Shown: piece by piece, positions 49,479 to 57,654 of the stretch
Position numbering within the stretch: position 1 is the first letter of the stretch
Layout: each line of letters begins with the position of its first letter
Assembly (NCBI GenBank): GCA_963674865.2
Contig: CAXXYE010000008.1
Coordinates: forward strand, 512,001-576,000
DNA from: Candidatus Hydrogenedentota bacterium
GTDB lineage: Bacteria; Hydrogenedentota; Hydrogenedentia; Hydrogenedentales; SLHB01
Reading direction: 5' to 3'
Length of the DNA: 64,000 nucleotides
The notes under the pieces: generated by a model
The model's database searches: none
Seen by the model: only the letters and a program-made list of their open reading frames with translations
Told to the model about the DNA's origin: nothing
Program-made: the position numbers and the translations under genes

Positions 49479-51788
49479 GTGCGTGAAATAAACCGGATCG
49501 CGGCGGTGGGGAATTACTTGCCGAGGCAGTGCGGCATTGCCACGTTTACGACGGACCTCTGTGAGGCCCTTGCAAACCGATTTTCCGACGCTTCGGTGAT
49601 TGCGCTGCCGATGAACGATACGGACGACGGATACGCCTATCCCGAACGGGTGCGCTTCGAGCTGGTGGAGCAGGAGATGGCGTCTTACCGGCGCGCCGCG
49701 GACTTCCTCAACATCAACGACATCGACGTCGTCACGCTGCAACACGAGTTCGGGATTTTTGGAGGCGTGGCGGGCAGCCACATCATCGGCCTTCTCAGCG
49801 ACCTGCGCATGCCGGTGGTCGCCACGCTACACACGGTGCTGCGCGAACCGGACGCGAATCAACGCAAGGTTATGAGCGAACTCGCCCAACTCGTGGATCG
49901 ATTCGTCGTCATGAGCGAGCGGGCTCGCGTGTTCTTGGACGAGATCTATCACGTTCCCCTGGAAAAGGTGGACCTGATTCCCCACGGCATCCCCGATGTG
50001 TCGTTTATCGACCCCAATTTCTACAAGGACAAGTTCGGCGTCGAAGGGAAAACCGTGCTGCTGACCTTCGGCCTGCTATCGCCCAACAAAGGCATTGAGT
50101 TCGCCATTGAGGCGTTGCCGCCCATTCTCAAGAAGCATCCCGATGTGGTCTACATCGTCCTGGGGGCGACGCACCCGAAGCTGAAGCGCGAACAGGGCGA
50201 GACGTACCGGTTGAGCCTACAGCACCTTGCCCAGGAGAAGGGAGTTGAGGCGAACGTTATTTTCCACAACCGATTCGTCACGCTGCAGGAACTAATCGAA
50301 TTCATCGGGGCCGCGGACATCTATATCACGCCTTACCTGAACGAGGCGCAGATCACCTCCGGCACGCTCGCCTATTCCGTGGGCGCCGGCAAGCCGGTTG
50401 TGTCCACGCCCTATTGGTACGCCGAGGAACTTCTCGATGATGACCGCGGCACGCTCGTGCCGTTTCGTGACGCGCCGGCGATTGCGAAGGCCGTGTTGGA
50501 CATGCTCAAGCATGAGACGAAGCGCCACGCGATGCGGCGCAAGGCGTACCAGCTCGGGCGCGACATGGTGTGGAGCAAGGTGGCCGAAGGCTACATGGCA
50601 TCCTTTAGTCGTGCCCGCGATGAGCGGTTCAAGAAGCCCCGGGGCGCCTTTGTCGCGAAGACCTTGGACAAGCGCCGCGTCGAGTTGCCGCCGCTCAACC
50701 TCCAGCACCTCCAACGCATGACTGACGACACCGGCATGATTCAGCATGCGACCTTCAGCGTGCCCAACTACACGGAAGGCTATACCACGGACGATAACGC
50801 ACGGGCGCTTATCCTCGCGGTGCTTCTCGAGGAAACGAGCGAACGCACCGCGACGGAGGCGCGGCGGCTGGCGGCGCGTTATCTCGCCTTTCTCAATTAT
50901 GCGTTTAATCCGAAGACGCGCCGCTTTCGGAATGCATTCTGTTACGATCGGCACTGGCTCGAAGAGGTGGGATCGCAAGACAGCCACGGCCGCGCGCTCT
51001 GGGCGTTGGGCACCATGGCGGGGCGCTCCAAGGATGAGGGGCTGCGCGGGCTGGCGATGCGGCTCTTCGGCGAAGCCGTGGTGACTGCCGAGCAGTTTCA
51101 ACACCCCCGGGCGTGGGCCTTCACGCTCATCGGCATTCATGAGTTCCTTCGACGCTTCTACGGCGACCGCCAGGCCCAGGATCTTCGCCTCGATCTCGCC
51201 GAGCGGCTACTGGCCATGTACAAGAAGAACAGCAGCCGCGACTGGCTCTGGTTCACAAACACCTTGACGTACTGCAACGGGGCCTTGCCGCACGCCCTGA
51301 TGCTCTGCGGCCAATGGCTCGGGCACGATGATATGTCCGGCGTGGCGCTCGAATCGCTGGAGTGGCTCCTGGGTGTGCAATTGATGGGAGGCGAACACCT
51401 TGTGCCCATCGGCAGCAACGGCTTCTACCCGAAGGGCGGCGAACGGGCGCGGTTTGACCAGCAACCCATCGAGGCGCACAGCATGGTGGCCGCCTGCCTC
51501 CAGGCCTTCCGCATGACCGGCGAGGAGCGGTGGTATCGCGAGGCCAGAAGGTGTTTCGACTGGTTCCTGGGCCTGAACGACTTGCGCGTGCCGCTTTACA
51601 ACGCGCGAACGGGCGGGTGCTACGACGGCCTGTCGCCGGATCGTGTGAATCAGAACCAGGGCGCCGAATCGACGCTGGCCTTTCTGCTCTCGCTGATGGA
51701 GATGACCCTCGCCGAGCACGTGATCACCGAGCCGGAACCTAGTGAGGCAGCCGAACCGGCTCCCAAACGCAAGAAGAAGGCGAAGTAG
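49479..51788 (+). CDS. GT4 glycosyltransferase with C-terminal alpha/alpha-barrel domain
   Basis: 'PRQCGIATF', 'QHEFGIFGG', 'FGLLSPNKG', 'SGTL', 'GYTTDDNARAL' and 'NQGAESTL'. Confidence 0.9.
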   Translation: MREINRIAAVGNYLPRQCGIATFTTDLCEALANRFSDASVIALPMNDTDDGYAYPERVRFELVEQEMASYRRAADFLNINDIDVVTLQHEFGIFGGVAGSHIIGLLSDLRMPVVATLHTVLREPDANQRKVMSELAQLVDRFVVMSERARVFLDEIYHVPLEKVDLIPHGIPDVSFIDPNFYKDKFGVEGKTVLLTFGLLSPNKGIEFAIEALPPILKKHPDVVYIVLGATHPKLKREQGETYRLSLQHLAQEKGVEANVIFHNRFVTLQELIEFIGAADIYITPYLNEAQITSGTLAYSVGAGKPVVSTPYWYAEELLDDDRGTLVPFRDAPAIAKAVLDMLKHETKRHAMRRKAYQLGRDMVWSKVAEGYMASFSRARDERFKKPRGAFVAKTLDKRRVELPPLNLQHLQRMTDDTGMIQHATFSVPNYTEGYTTDDNARALILAVLLEETSERTATEARRLAARYLAFLNYAFNPKTRRFRNAFCYDRHWLEEVGSQDSHGRALWALGTMAGRSKDEGLRGLAMRLFGEAVVTAEQFQHPRAWAFTLIGIHEFLRRFYGDRQAQDLRLDLAERLLAMYKKNSSRDWLWFTNTLTYCNGALPHALMLCGQWLGHDDMSGVALESLEWLLGVQLMGGEHLVPIGSNGFYPKGGERARFDQQPIEAHSMVAACLQAFRMTGEERWYREARRCFDWFLGLNDLRVPLYNARTGGCYDGLSPDRVNQNQGAESTLAFLLSLMEMTLAEHVITEPEPSEAAEPAPKRKKKAK

Positions 51789-52102
51789 CGCGGGCAGCTA
51801 CGTGTGAGCTATTCGGAGTAGCGGCGCCTCCAAGTGTCCTCCCATGGACGATTGGCCGGGGACTATCGTAGATCGTGTCTTGAGCTCTGCCGAAAGCGCT
51901 TGCCGGTTGCAGTCGCCCTGCCGGAGTGCGCTCGCAGATGAACCGCCGCGAGCAAAGGACCCCAGTCGAGTGGGGGCGATGCAGCTCTGGGCGGGCTGGG
52001 TGTAGATGGCTTACGAGAATTGGCCGAGAGTGGCGCCCGTGTGGCATATTGAGATCCAGTGAAACCGCTCTGAGCGCATCGACGAATGGAAGTCACGGGC
52101 CG

Positions 52103-52507
52103 ATGAATAAGACCAAGGGACAGATGGAGGCAGAGATCAGCGAGGCCATCATCAAATTCGAGAAGGAGTATATGGGCCGCGGCCCCTTGGAAACGAAGTC
52201 CTTCATCATTGGTGATATGGTGCTCGTGAGGCTTAAGGGTGTTCTTACGCAGGCCGAGCATCAGCTTGCCTCGTTGGGAGGCGGCCCTAAAGGACGAGAA
52301 CTGATCAAACAGGTTCGGATAGAGCTCTTGGAGAGAGGGCGCCCCCTTCTGGAGGCGGCGATCAAGGCCATCACGAAACAAGAGGTGAGGAGCCTGCACA
52401 CCGACATAAGCACGTCGACCGGCGAGAGGGTCATCCTGTTCACGCTAGAAGGGCCCGTCGATCTGCAAGATGCTGTGAGGCCGACTGGAGCTGTCAAGAC
52501 TCTTTAG
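52103..52507 (+). CDS. DUF2294 / MpsC family protein (copy 1)
   Basis: 'TKGQMEAEISEAIIKFEKEYMGRGP…LT.AE…IKQVR…SLHTDISTSTGER'. The last four codons are supplied by the IS end. Confidence 0.88.
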   Translation: MNKTKGQMEAEISEAIIKFEKEYMGRGPLETKSFIIGDMVLVRLKGVLTQAEHQLASLGGGPKGRELIKQVRIELLERGRPLLEAAIKAITKQEVRSLHTDISTSTGERVILFTLEGPVDLQDAVRPTGAVKTL

Positions 52508-54073
52508 AAATGTCACATGTTGGGACTCATTAGAAATGTCCTATGCTCGATGGTTGCAGAAGCGAGTTATCCAAGGTCTGTGGTCAGGTGCGTAGCAGCT
52601 GTCCCCAGACCGTCATATCCACATCCAGCGCGAAGCGCGCGGGCGCATAGCGCTCGTCGAGGATGTGGATATGTGGGTAACTCGCGTGCTCACCTTTCTT
52701 TTGCGTTCATGAGAGGTAGGCGTTGGACGTTGGGCCGCCAGCGCTTGTAGGGCGCGGGGGGAGCGTTCTTCTTCTTGGGCTTGGCGGGGGGCTGGACCTG
52801 TTGGACTCGTTGCTGCCCTTCTCGTTTGTATTGCTTGACCGTGAGCCTGCGGTAGTCAAGGTCCTGGTCTTTGTAGAGCAGCCTGATGCCGCCGTGCAGA
52901 TGGGTGCGGACCAGAATCCTGTCTTTGGGCCGGGGCAGAGGACTGTTGTTCTTGAGGATTTGGTAGTAATGATTCCCGAAACGGACGGTCCAGTCGTTTT
53001 GGACGACGCGCAGTTCCTCGAAGCAAAAAATGTCATGCAGCTCAAGGCCTTTGGGTGGAGGACGGTGATAGTCCAGTTCCTCACGGGGCGCAATGGCGAA
53101 CTTGGCGTTCAGAGCGTCACAAAAGCTTTCGTAGAGCAGCTTGTCGGCGGTGGCGATGGTGGTGATGCGCCGCAAGGCGAGTTCCTTGACGAACCGGTTC
53201 TGGTATGTGCCGTTGGAGCGCTCGACGCGGCCTTTGGCTTGAGGCGAAGTCGCGGGGATGATGACGATTCCCAGCTTATAGCAGGCCTCTCCGAATTGAG
53301 TCAGCGGCTCGCGCCCCGCCAGTTGCTCTTCGAGCGTGGGCTCCCGGCCGGTGATGTAGACGTTCTTTCGGTCCGTATACAGCGCCCGAGGAATACCGTA
53401 TTTCTCGATCCACCGCCACAGAAGCTGCATGGCGGCCTGCTTCGTTTCTTGCTCGGCCATGAGCGCCAAGGTTTCTCCTGTGGCGTCATCTATCATGTTC
53501 ATCAGACAAGTTTGGCCTTGGTCCGGCCCGAACCAGTGGTGGTGACTCCCATCCATCTGCACCAGCTCTCCGAAATGGGCTCGCCGCTCCCTGCGGGAGC
53601 GATGCCGGCGCCCGGTGTCTCCCTTCGCCCAGAGCCCCTGCTCAAGCAGCCAGCGCCGTAACGTCTCGTGGTCGATGCACAGGCCTTCCTCCGCCAGCTT
53701 CTCCGCGGCCAGGGTCGGCCCCAAATCGTGTTCTCTATAGCGTTCCTGATAGCGCCGAAGGACTTTGTCCCGGAACGCGGCAGGCTTGGCTCGATTAGAC
53801 GCCCGGCCCCGGTTGCGATGCACCAACCCCTCATCTCCCTCTGACACGAAGCGTGCGTGTATCCGCAGCGCCTGCCGGTAGCTCACTTCCATGCGCCGCG
53901 CCGCTTCCGCCAGGGTCATATGCTTTCCCACAACAAGCTCCAACAACGACTTACGCATCAATTCCTTGCGACTCATCTTCAAATGCCCTTCCACGGCAGC
54001 CCTCCAAGTGAAAGGCTCCAATTGTGACATTTCTAATGAGTCGAGGGGGTGACACTATCAAAGAGTCGCGACA
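52492..54073 (-). mobile_element. IS1202-family (ISNCY) insertion sequence, 1582 bp, 16-bp target duplication
   Basis: Ends TGTCAAGACTCTTTAGAAATGTCAC and (reverse complement) TGTCGCGACTCTTTGATAGTGTCAC. Inner repeat GACTCATTAGAAATGTC at both ends. TGAGGCCGACTGGAGC is duplicated at 52476-52491 and 54074-54089. Confidence 0.93.
52690..53994 (-). CDS. DDE transposase (ISNCY/IS1202 family)
   Basis: HTH, 'GELVQMDGSHHHW', 'IDDAT', 'YTDR' and 'SPQAKGRVER'. GTG start with GGAGG RBS. Confidence 0.93.
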   Translation of the reverse strand: MEGHLKMSRKELMRKSLLELVVGKHMTLAEAARRMEVSYRQALRIHARFVSEGDEGLVHRNRGRASNRAKPAAFRDKVLRRYQERYREHDLGPTLAAEKLAEEGLCIDHETLRRWLLEQGLWAKGDTGRRHRSRRERRAHFGELVQMDGSHHHWFGPDQGQTCLMNMIDDATGETLALMAEQETKQAAMQLLWRWIEKYGIPRALYTDRKNVYITGREPTLEEQLAGREPLTQFGEACYKLGIVIIPATSPQAKGRVERSNGTYQNRFVKELALRRITTIATADKLLYESFCDALNAKFAIAPREELDYHRPPPKGLELHDIFCFEELRVVQNDWTVRFGNHYYQILKNNSPLPRPKDRILVRTHLHGGIRLLYKDQDLDYRRLTVKQYKREGQQRVQQVQPPAKPKKKNAPPAPYKRWRPNVQRLPLMNAKER

Positions 54074-54089
54074 TGAGGCCGACTGGAGC

Positions 54090-54118
54090 TTGATTTTCCT
54101 TTCCATGTTGCATATACT
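54090..54118 (+). promoter_or_regulatory. Sigma70 promoter for the mpsC2-pckG unit
   Basis: TTGATT-N17-TATACT, overlapping the pre-insertion stop codon of DUF2294 copy 1. Confidence 0.7.
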
Positions 54119-54176
54119 CGAAGCGTAATCGGGCAGAGACTCAGGGGGCAGCGCAGAAGCTGCCTGCTGCAGGATA

Positions 54177-54220
54177 GGCCGCAGGGTGACAGAACAGGTC
54201 GTCGTGCGGTTTTTTTCTTT
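54177..54220 (+). terminator. Leader terminator/attenuator 1
   Basis: GGCCGCAGGGTGAC-AGAACAG-GTCGTCGTGCGGTT hairpin (one G-G mismatch) running into a T7-C-T3 tract. Confidence 0.7.
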
Positions 54221-54282
54221 GCTCTCTTAGAGGTCGGCAGGTTCCACCGAGCTGCGTTTTGACGTGGCGCGGTGTGGAAGTG

Positions 54283-54329
54283 AGGCCGAAGAACCGTCTC
54301 TTGTGATGGTTCTTCGGCCTTTTTCATTT
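54283..54329 (+). terminator. Leader terminator/attenuator 2
   Basis: 16-bp stem AGGCCGAAGAACCGTC/GATGGTTCTTCGGCCT followed by TTTTCATTT. Confidence 0.75.
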
Positions 54330-54396
54330 CCCCGGTGTCTTCAGGGTGGCTGCACGCGACGGCGTCCTGAGTGTGTGGCGTGAGGTCACGGAGGCA

Positions 54397-54777
54397 ATGT
54401 TCAGAATGAGCTGTTCGAAGGCGACGGAAGAACAGATAATCGAGGCAGTGGAGCGGTTCGAACAGAACGAGATGTCGTTGGACGCGACGTCTATTTCAGT
54501 CGAGCTTCGGGCGGACACCTTGTTCGTGATGATCGAGGGACTGACCTTCCCCGCGGAGAAGGCCTGCGCGGAGGATAAGCACGGTGAAGAACTGCTGACG
54601 CAATACCACGCCCGGCTCTACGATGCCAGCAGAGGCTGCCTTGAGAAGGAGATCGAGCGTTTCCTCGGACGTATGGTTCAACGCTCCGCGTTCAGAGTGG
54701 ATCCGATCTCCGGGACTGGGGCGATGCAATTCATACTGGGCGATTCCACTGGCGAAGAAAGAGGCGAACCGCGGTAG
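54397..54777 (+). CDS. Divergent DUF2294 / MpsC-like protein (copy 2)
   Basis: 'EQIIEAVERFEQNEM…LFVMIEGLTFPAEK…LEKEIERFLG…VDPISG' aligns by eye with copy 1. GGAGG RBS. Confidence 0.7.
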   Translation: MFRMSCSKATEEQIIEAVERFEQNEMSLDATSISVELRADTLFVMIEGLTFPAEKACAEDKHGEELLTQYHARLYDASRGCLEKEIERFLGRMVQRSAFRVDPISGTGAMQFILGDSTGEERGEPR

Positions 54778-54903
54778 GAGAAAGAAGCGGACTTCGGTGA
54801 ATCGTCACTGAAATCTGCATTCAGGTGGCCATACGAGTTCAAAACGAGGAGAAACGGGGAGCGTCGTGCCTCAGTACGGGCGGTAACCCTCAAGGAGATA
54901 GAC

Positions 54904-56871
54904 ATGCTTGAATACAAGAAAGGTCTTGACATTCTGTCGGCTGTCGGCGGCATCGCTACCATCGAGGAGGCCAAGAGCCTGTTCACGGATAAGCTGGACG
55001 CCGAGAACCAGGCGAAACTGTCGAAGATCCGCAACGAAGAGGCCCTGCTGAAGGTTGCGAACGCGATCGCCATGTGTCAACCGGACGCGATCATGATCCA
55101 CTCGGGGTCGCCGGCGGACCAGGAATTCGTCAAGAAGCACAGCCTGGAAAAGGGTGAAGAAGCCTCCCTGCCCATCGAGGGACACACCGTCCACTTCGAT
55201 CTGCCCCAGGATCAGGCCCGCCTGGTGAATCAGACCCTTTACATCGTCAACGAAGAGGAGAAGATCTCGTCCTTGGCGAAGCGCGAACTGCGCAGCGAAT
55301 CCCACGCCTACATTCAAAAGCACATGACCGGCATCATGCGAGGCAAGATCATGTTTGTCGGCTTCTATGGGCGGGGGCCCATCGGCGCCAAGGCCGCCAT
55401 TCCGGCCATCGAGATATCGAGTTCGACCTACGTGTTTCACTCGGCCGAGTTGCTGTACCGTAACTGCTTGGCTGACTTCGACGCGGAGGTTGCCCGCCGC
55501 GGCGAGTTCTTCACCAACGTGCACTCCGAAGGCCCCAACCGCCCCGAAGACGTCCCTAACGCCCGTATCTACATGGATCGCTCGTGGCAGACCACCTACT
55601 CCATGTTCTGCACCTACGCTGGGAACACCCTACTCATGAAGAAGGGCAACCACCGCTTCGCCTCCGATACGGCGATCTACAATCACTTCGGCTTAGAGTT
55701 GTCGGAGCACATGTTCATCACCGGGCTGACCGGCCCGGGCGGCCGCAAGACCTACTTCGCCGGGGCGGCGCCTTCCGGCTGTGGGAAGACCACCACCGCT
55801 ATGGTGGGCACCGACTTCATCGGGGACGACCTCGCCCAGTTGTGGATAGCGGAGGATGGCACCCTGCGGGGCATCAACCCCGAGATCGGCATCTTCGGCA
55901 TCGTGCAAGACGTTAACGAAGAGGGCGATCCCTATCTCATGAAGAGCCTGCGCGAACCCGGCGCGGAAGTCATTTTCTGCAATGTTCTCATCGATGAGAA
56001 CGGCAAGCCCCGCTGGGTGGGGGACGGCGAGGCGCCGCCGCCGCGCGGGAAGAACTTCCAGGGCGAGTGGACGTCCGACATGACGGAGGTGCCCATGTCC
56101 CACCCCAATTCCCGCTGTACGCTCCGGAACGAGACGATCGGAAACCACAACAAGCAAGCCAACGCCGATCCCGCGGGGGTGGAGATTCGAGTGGTTACAT
56201 ATTCGGGCCGCGACGCCGACACCATGCCGCCCATCTGGGTCGCGAAGTCCATGAACGAAGGCGTGGCCATCGGCGCCTCGATCGTCTCGAAGGCGACCGC
56301 CACCGAAGTGGGCGCCAGCGGTGTGAGGCGTCAACCCTGGGCCAACGCCCCGTTCATCGCAGGCGGCCTAAGCGACTATCTTGACGCGCAGTTTGCCTTC
56401 TTCAACAGCGACAAGCTCGCCGTCGAGCCCGTCATCGCGGGAGTCAACTACTTCCTGACCCACGAGAACCGCGGAGGCAGCGGCTCAGGACTATTGGGCG
56501 AGAAGCGCGATGTTCACGTGTGGCTCGGCTGGCTCGAGTTGTACGCTTACGGCGACGTGGAAGGTGTCGAGACCCCCATCGGCATCATCCCGAAGTACGA
56601 GGATCTGAAGAAGCTTTTCAACGACAAGCTCGGCAAAGAATACAGTGAACAGCTCTACACGATGCAGTTCTCACTATATATAGACAACATCATCGCCCGT
56701 ATCGATCTCCAGACTGAAGCGTGGAAGGAAGAGGGCAACGCTTCCCAGAGTCTTTTCGATATCTATGCAGCACAGAAGGCCGAACTTGAGGCACTCAAGT
56801 CTGAAAAGGGCGCTATCATCAAGCCTCAAGCTCTCTGTCCGATGGAGGTGCCGTGTGGAAACATTCAGTAA
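54904..56871 (+). CDS. pckG: Phosphoenolpyruvate carboxykinase (GTP)
   Basis: 'DQAR', 'YAGNTL..KK', 'EHM', P-loop 'APSGCGKT', 'GDD', 'NPE.GIFG' and 'SHPNSR'. AAGGAG RBS. Confidence 0.95.
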   Translation: MLEYKKGLDILSAVGGIATIEEAKSLFTDKLDAENQAKLSKIRNEEALLKVANAIAMCQPDAIMIHSGSPADQEFVKKHSLEKGEEASLPIEGHTVHFDLPQDQARLVNQTLYIVNEEEKISSLAKRELRSESHAYIQKHMTGIMRGKIMFVGFYGRGPIGAKAAIPAIEISSSTYVFHSAELLYRNCLADFDAEVARRGEFFTNVHSEGPNRPEDVPNARIYMDRSWQTTYSMFCTYAGNTLLMKKGNHRFASDTAIYNHFGLELSEHMFITGLTGPGGRKTYFAGAAPSGCGKTTTAMVGTDFIGDDLAQLWIAEDGTLRGINPEIGIFGIVQDVNEEGDPYLMKSLREPGAEVIFCNVLIDENGKPRWVGDGEAPPPRGKNFQGEWTSDMTEVPMSHPNSRCTLRNETIGNHNKQANADPAGVEIRVVTYSGRDADTMPPIWVAKSMNEGVAIGASIVSKATATEVGASGVRRQPWANAPFIAGGLSDYLDAQFAFFNSDKLAVEPVIAGVNYFLTHENRGGSGSGLLGEKRDVHVWLGWLELYAYGDVEGVETPIGIIPKYEDLKKLFNDKLGKEYSEQLYTMQFSLYIDNIIARIDLQTEAWKEEGNASQSLFDIYAAQKAELEALKSEKGAIIKPQALCPMEVPCGNIQ

Positions 56872-57343
56872 GGATGGACGGTTGGCCATACCCTCGAGCC
56901 AGCGGAAAAGAGACAAATCAAGGGGCGACAAAGGCAAGACGAGATACGTTTTGAAGGAGGCGTATTGTCCCAATGGCTGCAATATCATTGATCCTGACCA
57001 CGAGGTCGATGGCGTCCCTGGTTTGCGGATCAGATTCCGAAGGCCCGGAATGGAAGGTGAATTCATCCTCTCCGCAGTAGAGGGGAGTCTTGGGAGGATC
57101 ATTCTATCAGGGCAACTCGAAGAAGGGACGAAAGACGACCTTTATTGTCCCTACTGCAATGCCATGTTTAGGAAGGTCGTGAATTGCACCTGCCAACCTG
57201 GGGCCGATGTTGTTGCAGTAGGATTGACTCCGAGTTTCGCCTTCAACAACTCAGTATGTTTCTGCAACGTTACTGGGTGTAGCAAGGGCACATCCGTCAG
57301 GACCGGCGATGTCCTAAGGCGACTTGGCGTCGAAGGTGAATAG
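56855..57343 (+). CDS. Cys-rich hypothetical protein (probable metal-binding)
   Basis: GTG start with GGAGG RBS, overlapping the pckG stop. CPNGC, CPYC, CTC and CFCNVTGC motifs. Confidence 0.72.
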   Translation: METFSKDGRLAIPSSQRKRDKSRGDKGKTRYVLKEAYCPNGCNIIDPDHEVDGVPGLRIRFRRPGMEGEFILSAVEGSLGRIILSGQLEEGTKDDLYCPYCNAMFRKVVNCTCQPGADVVAVGLTPSFAFNNSVCFCNVTGCSKGTSVRTGDVLRRLGVEGE

Positions 57344-57654
57344 AGAATCCGCCGAAGACTGCGCGATCTTCAGTAAGTAAGGTCGTGATTCGTTTCAGTT
57401 CCCGGTACTTCATGTGCTTGAAACCGGCGGCACTCCCGGCAGAGGACTTTCGCGTGCGTCTGCCGGAAGAGCACGGTATCGCTTCATCACGCCTGGTGAG
57501 CGAGATGTGCGCATTGCATTCTCATGCGTCGAGGAGAATCGGGAATGCTGTTGACTGAGCAGGAGGTCTACGATGCCGTCGTGTTGAGGGCGCCCGGTGC
57601 GGATGAGCTGTCTTCCCCCGAGAAGTCAGGGCGCTCTCGGCCTATCCGACGCCG

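Noticed and set aside
52565..52681. DnaA-box-like words (TTATCCAAG, ATATCCACA, TGTGGGTAA) suggesting an origin
   Set aside because: They are arms of the IS-internal hairpins, with no AT-rich unwinding element or replication genes nearby.
52440..54120. dif/xrs-targeted insertion by the IS1202-family element
   Set aside because: No XerC/XerD-like arms are visible next to the target, and the 16-bp duplication fits the non-targeting subgroup.
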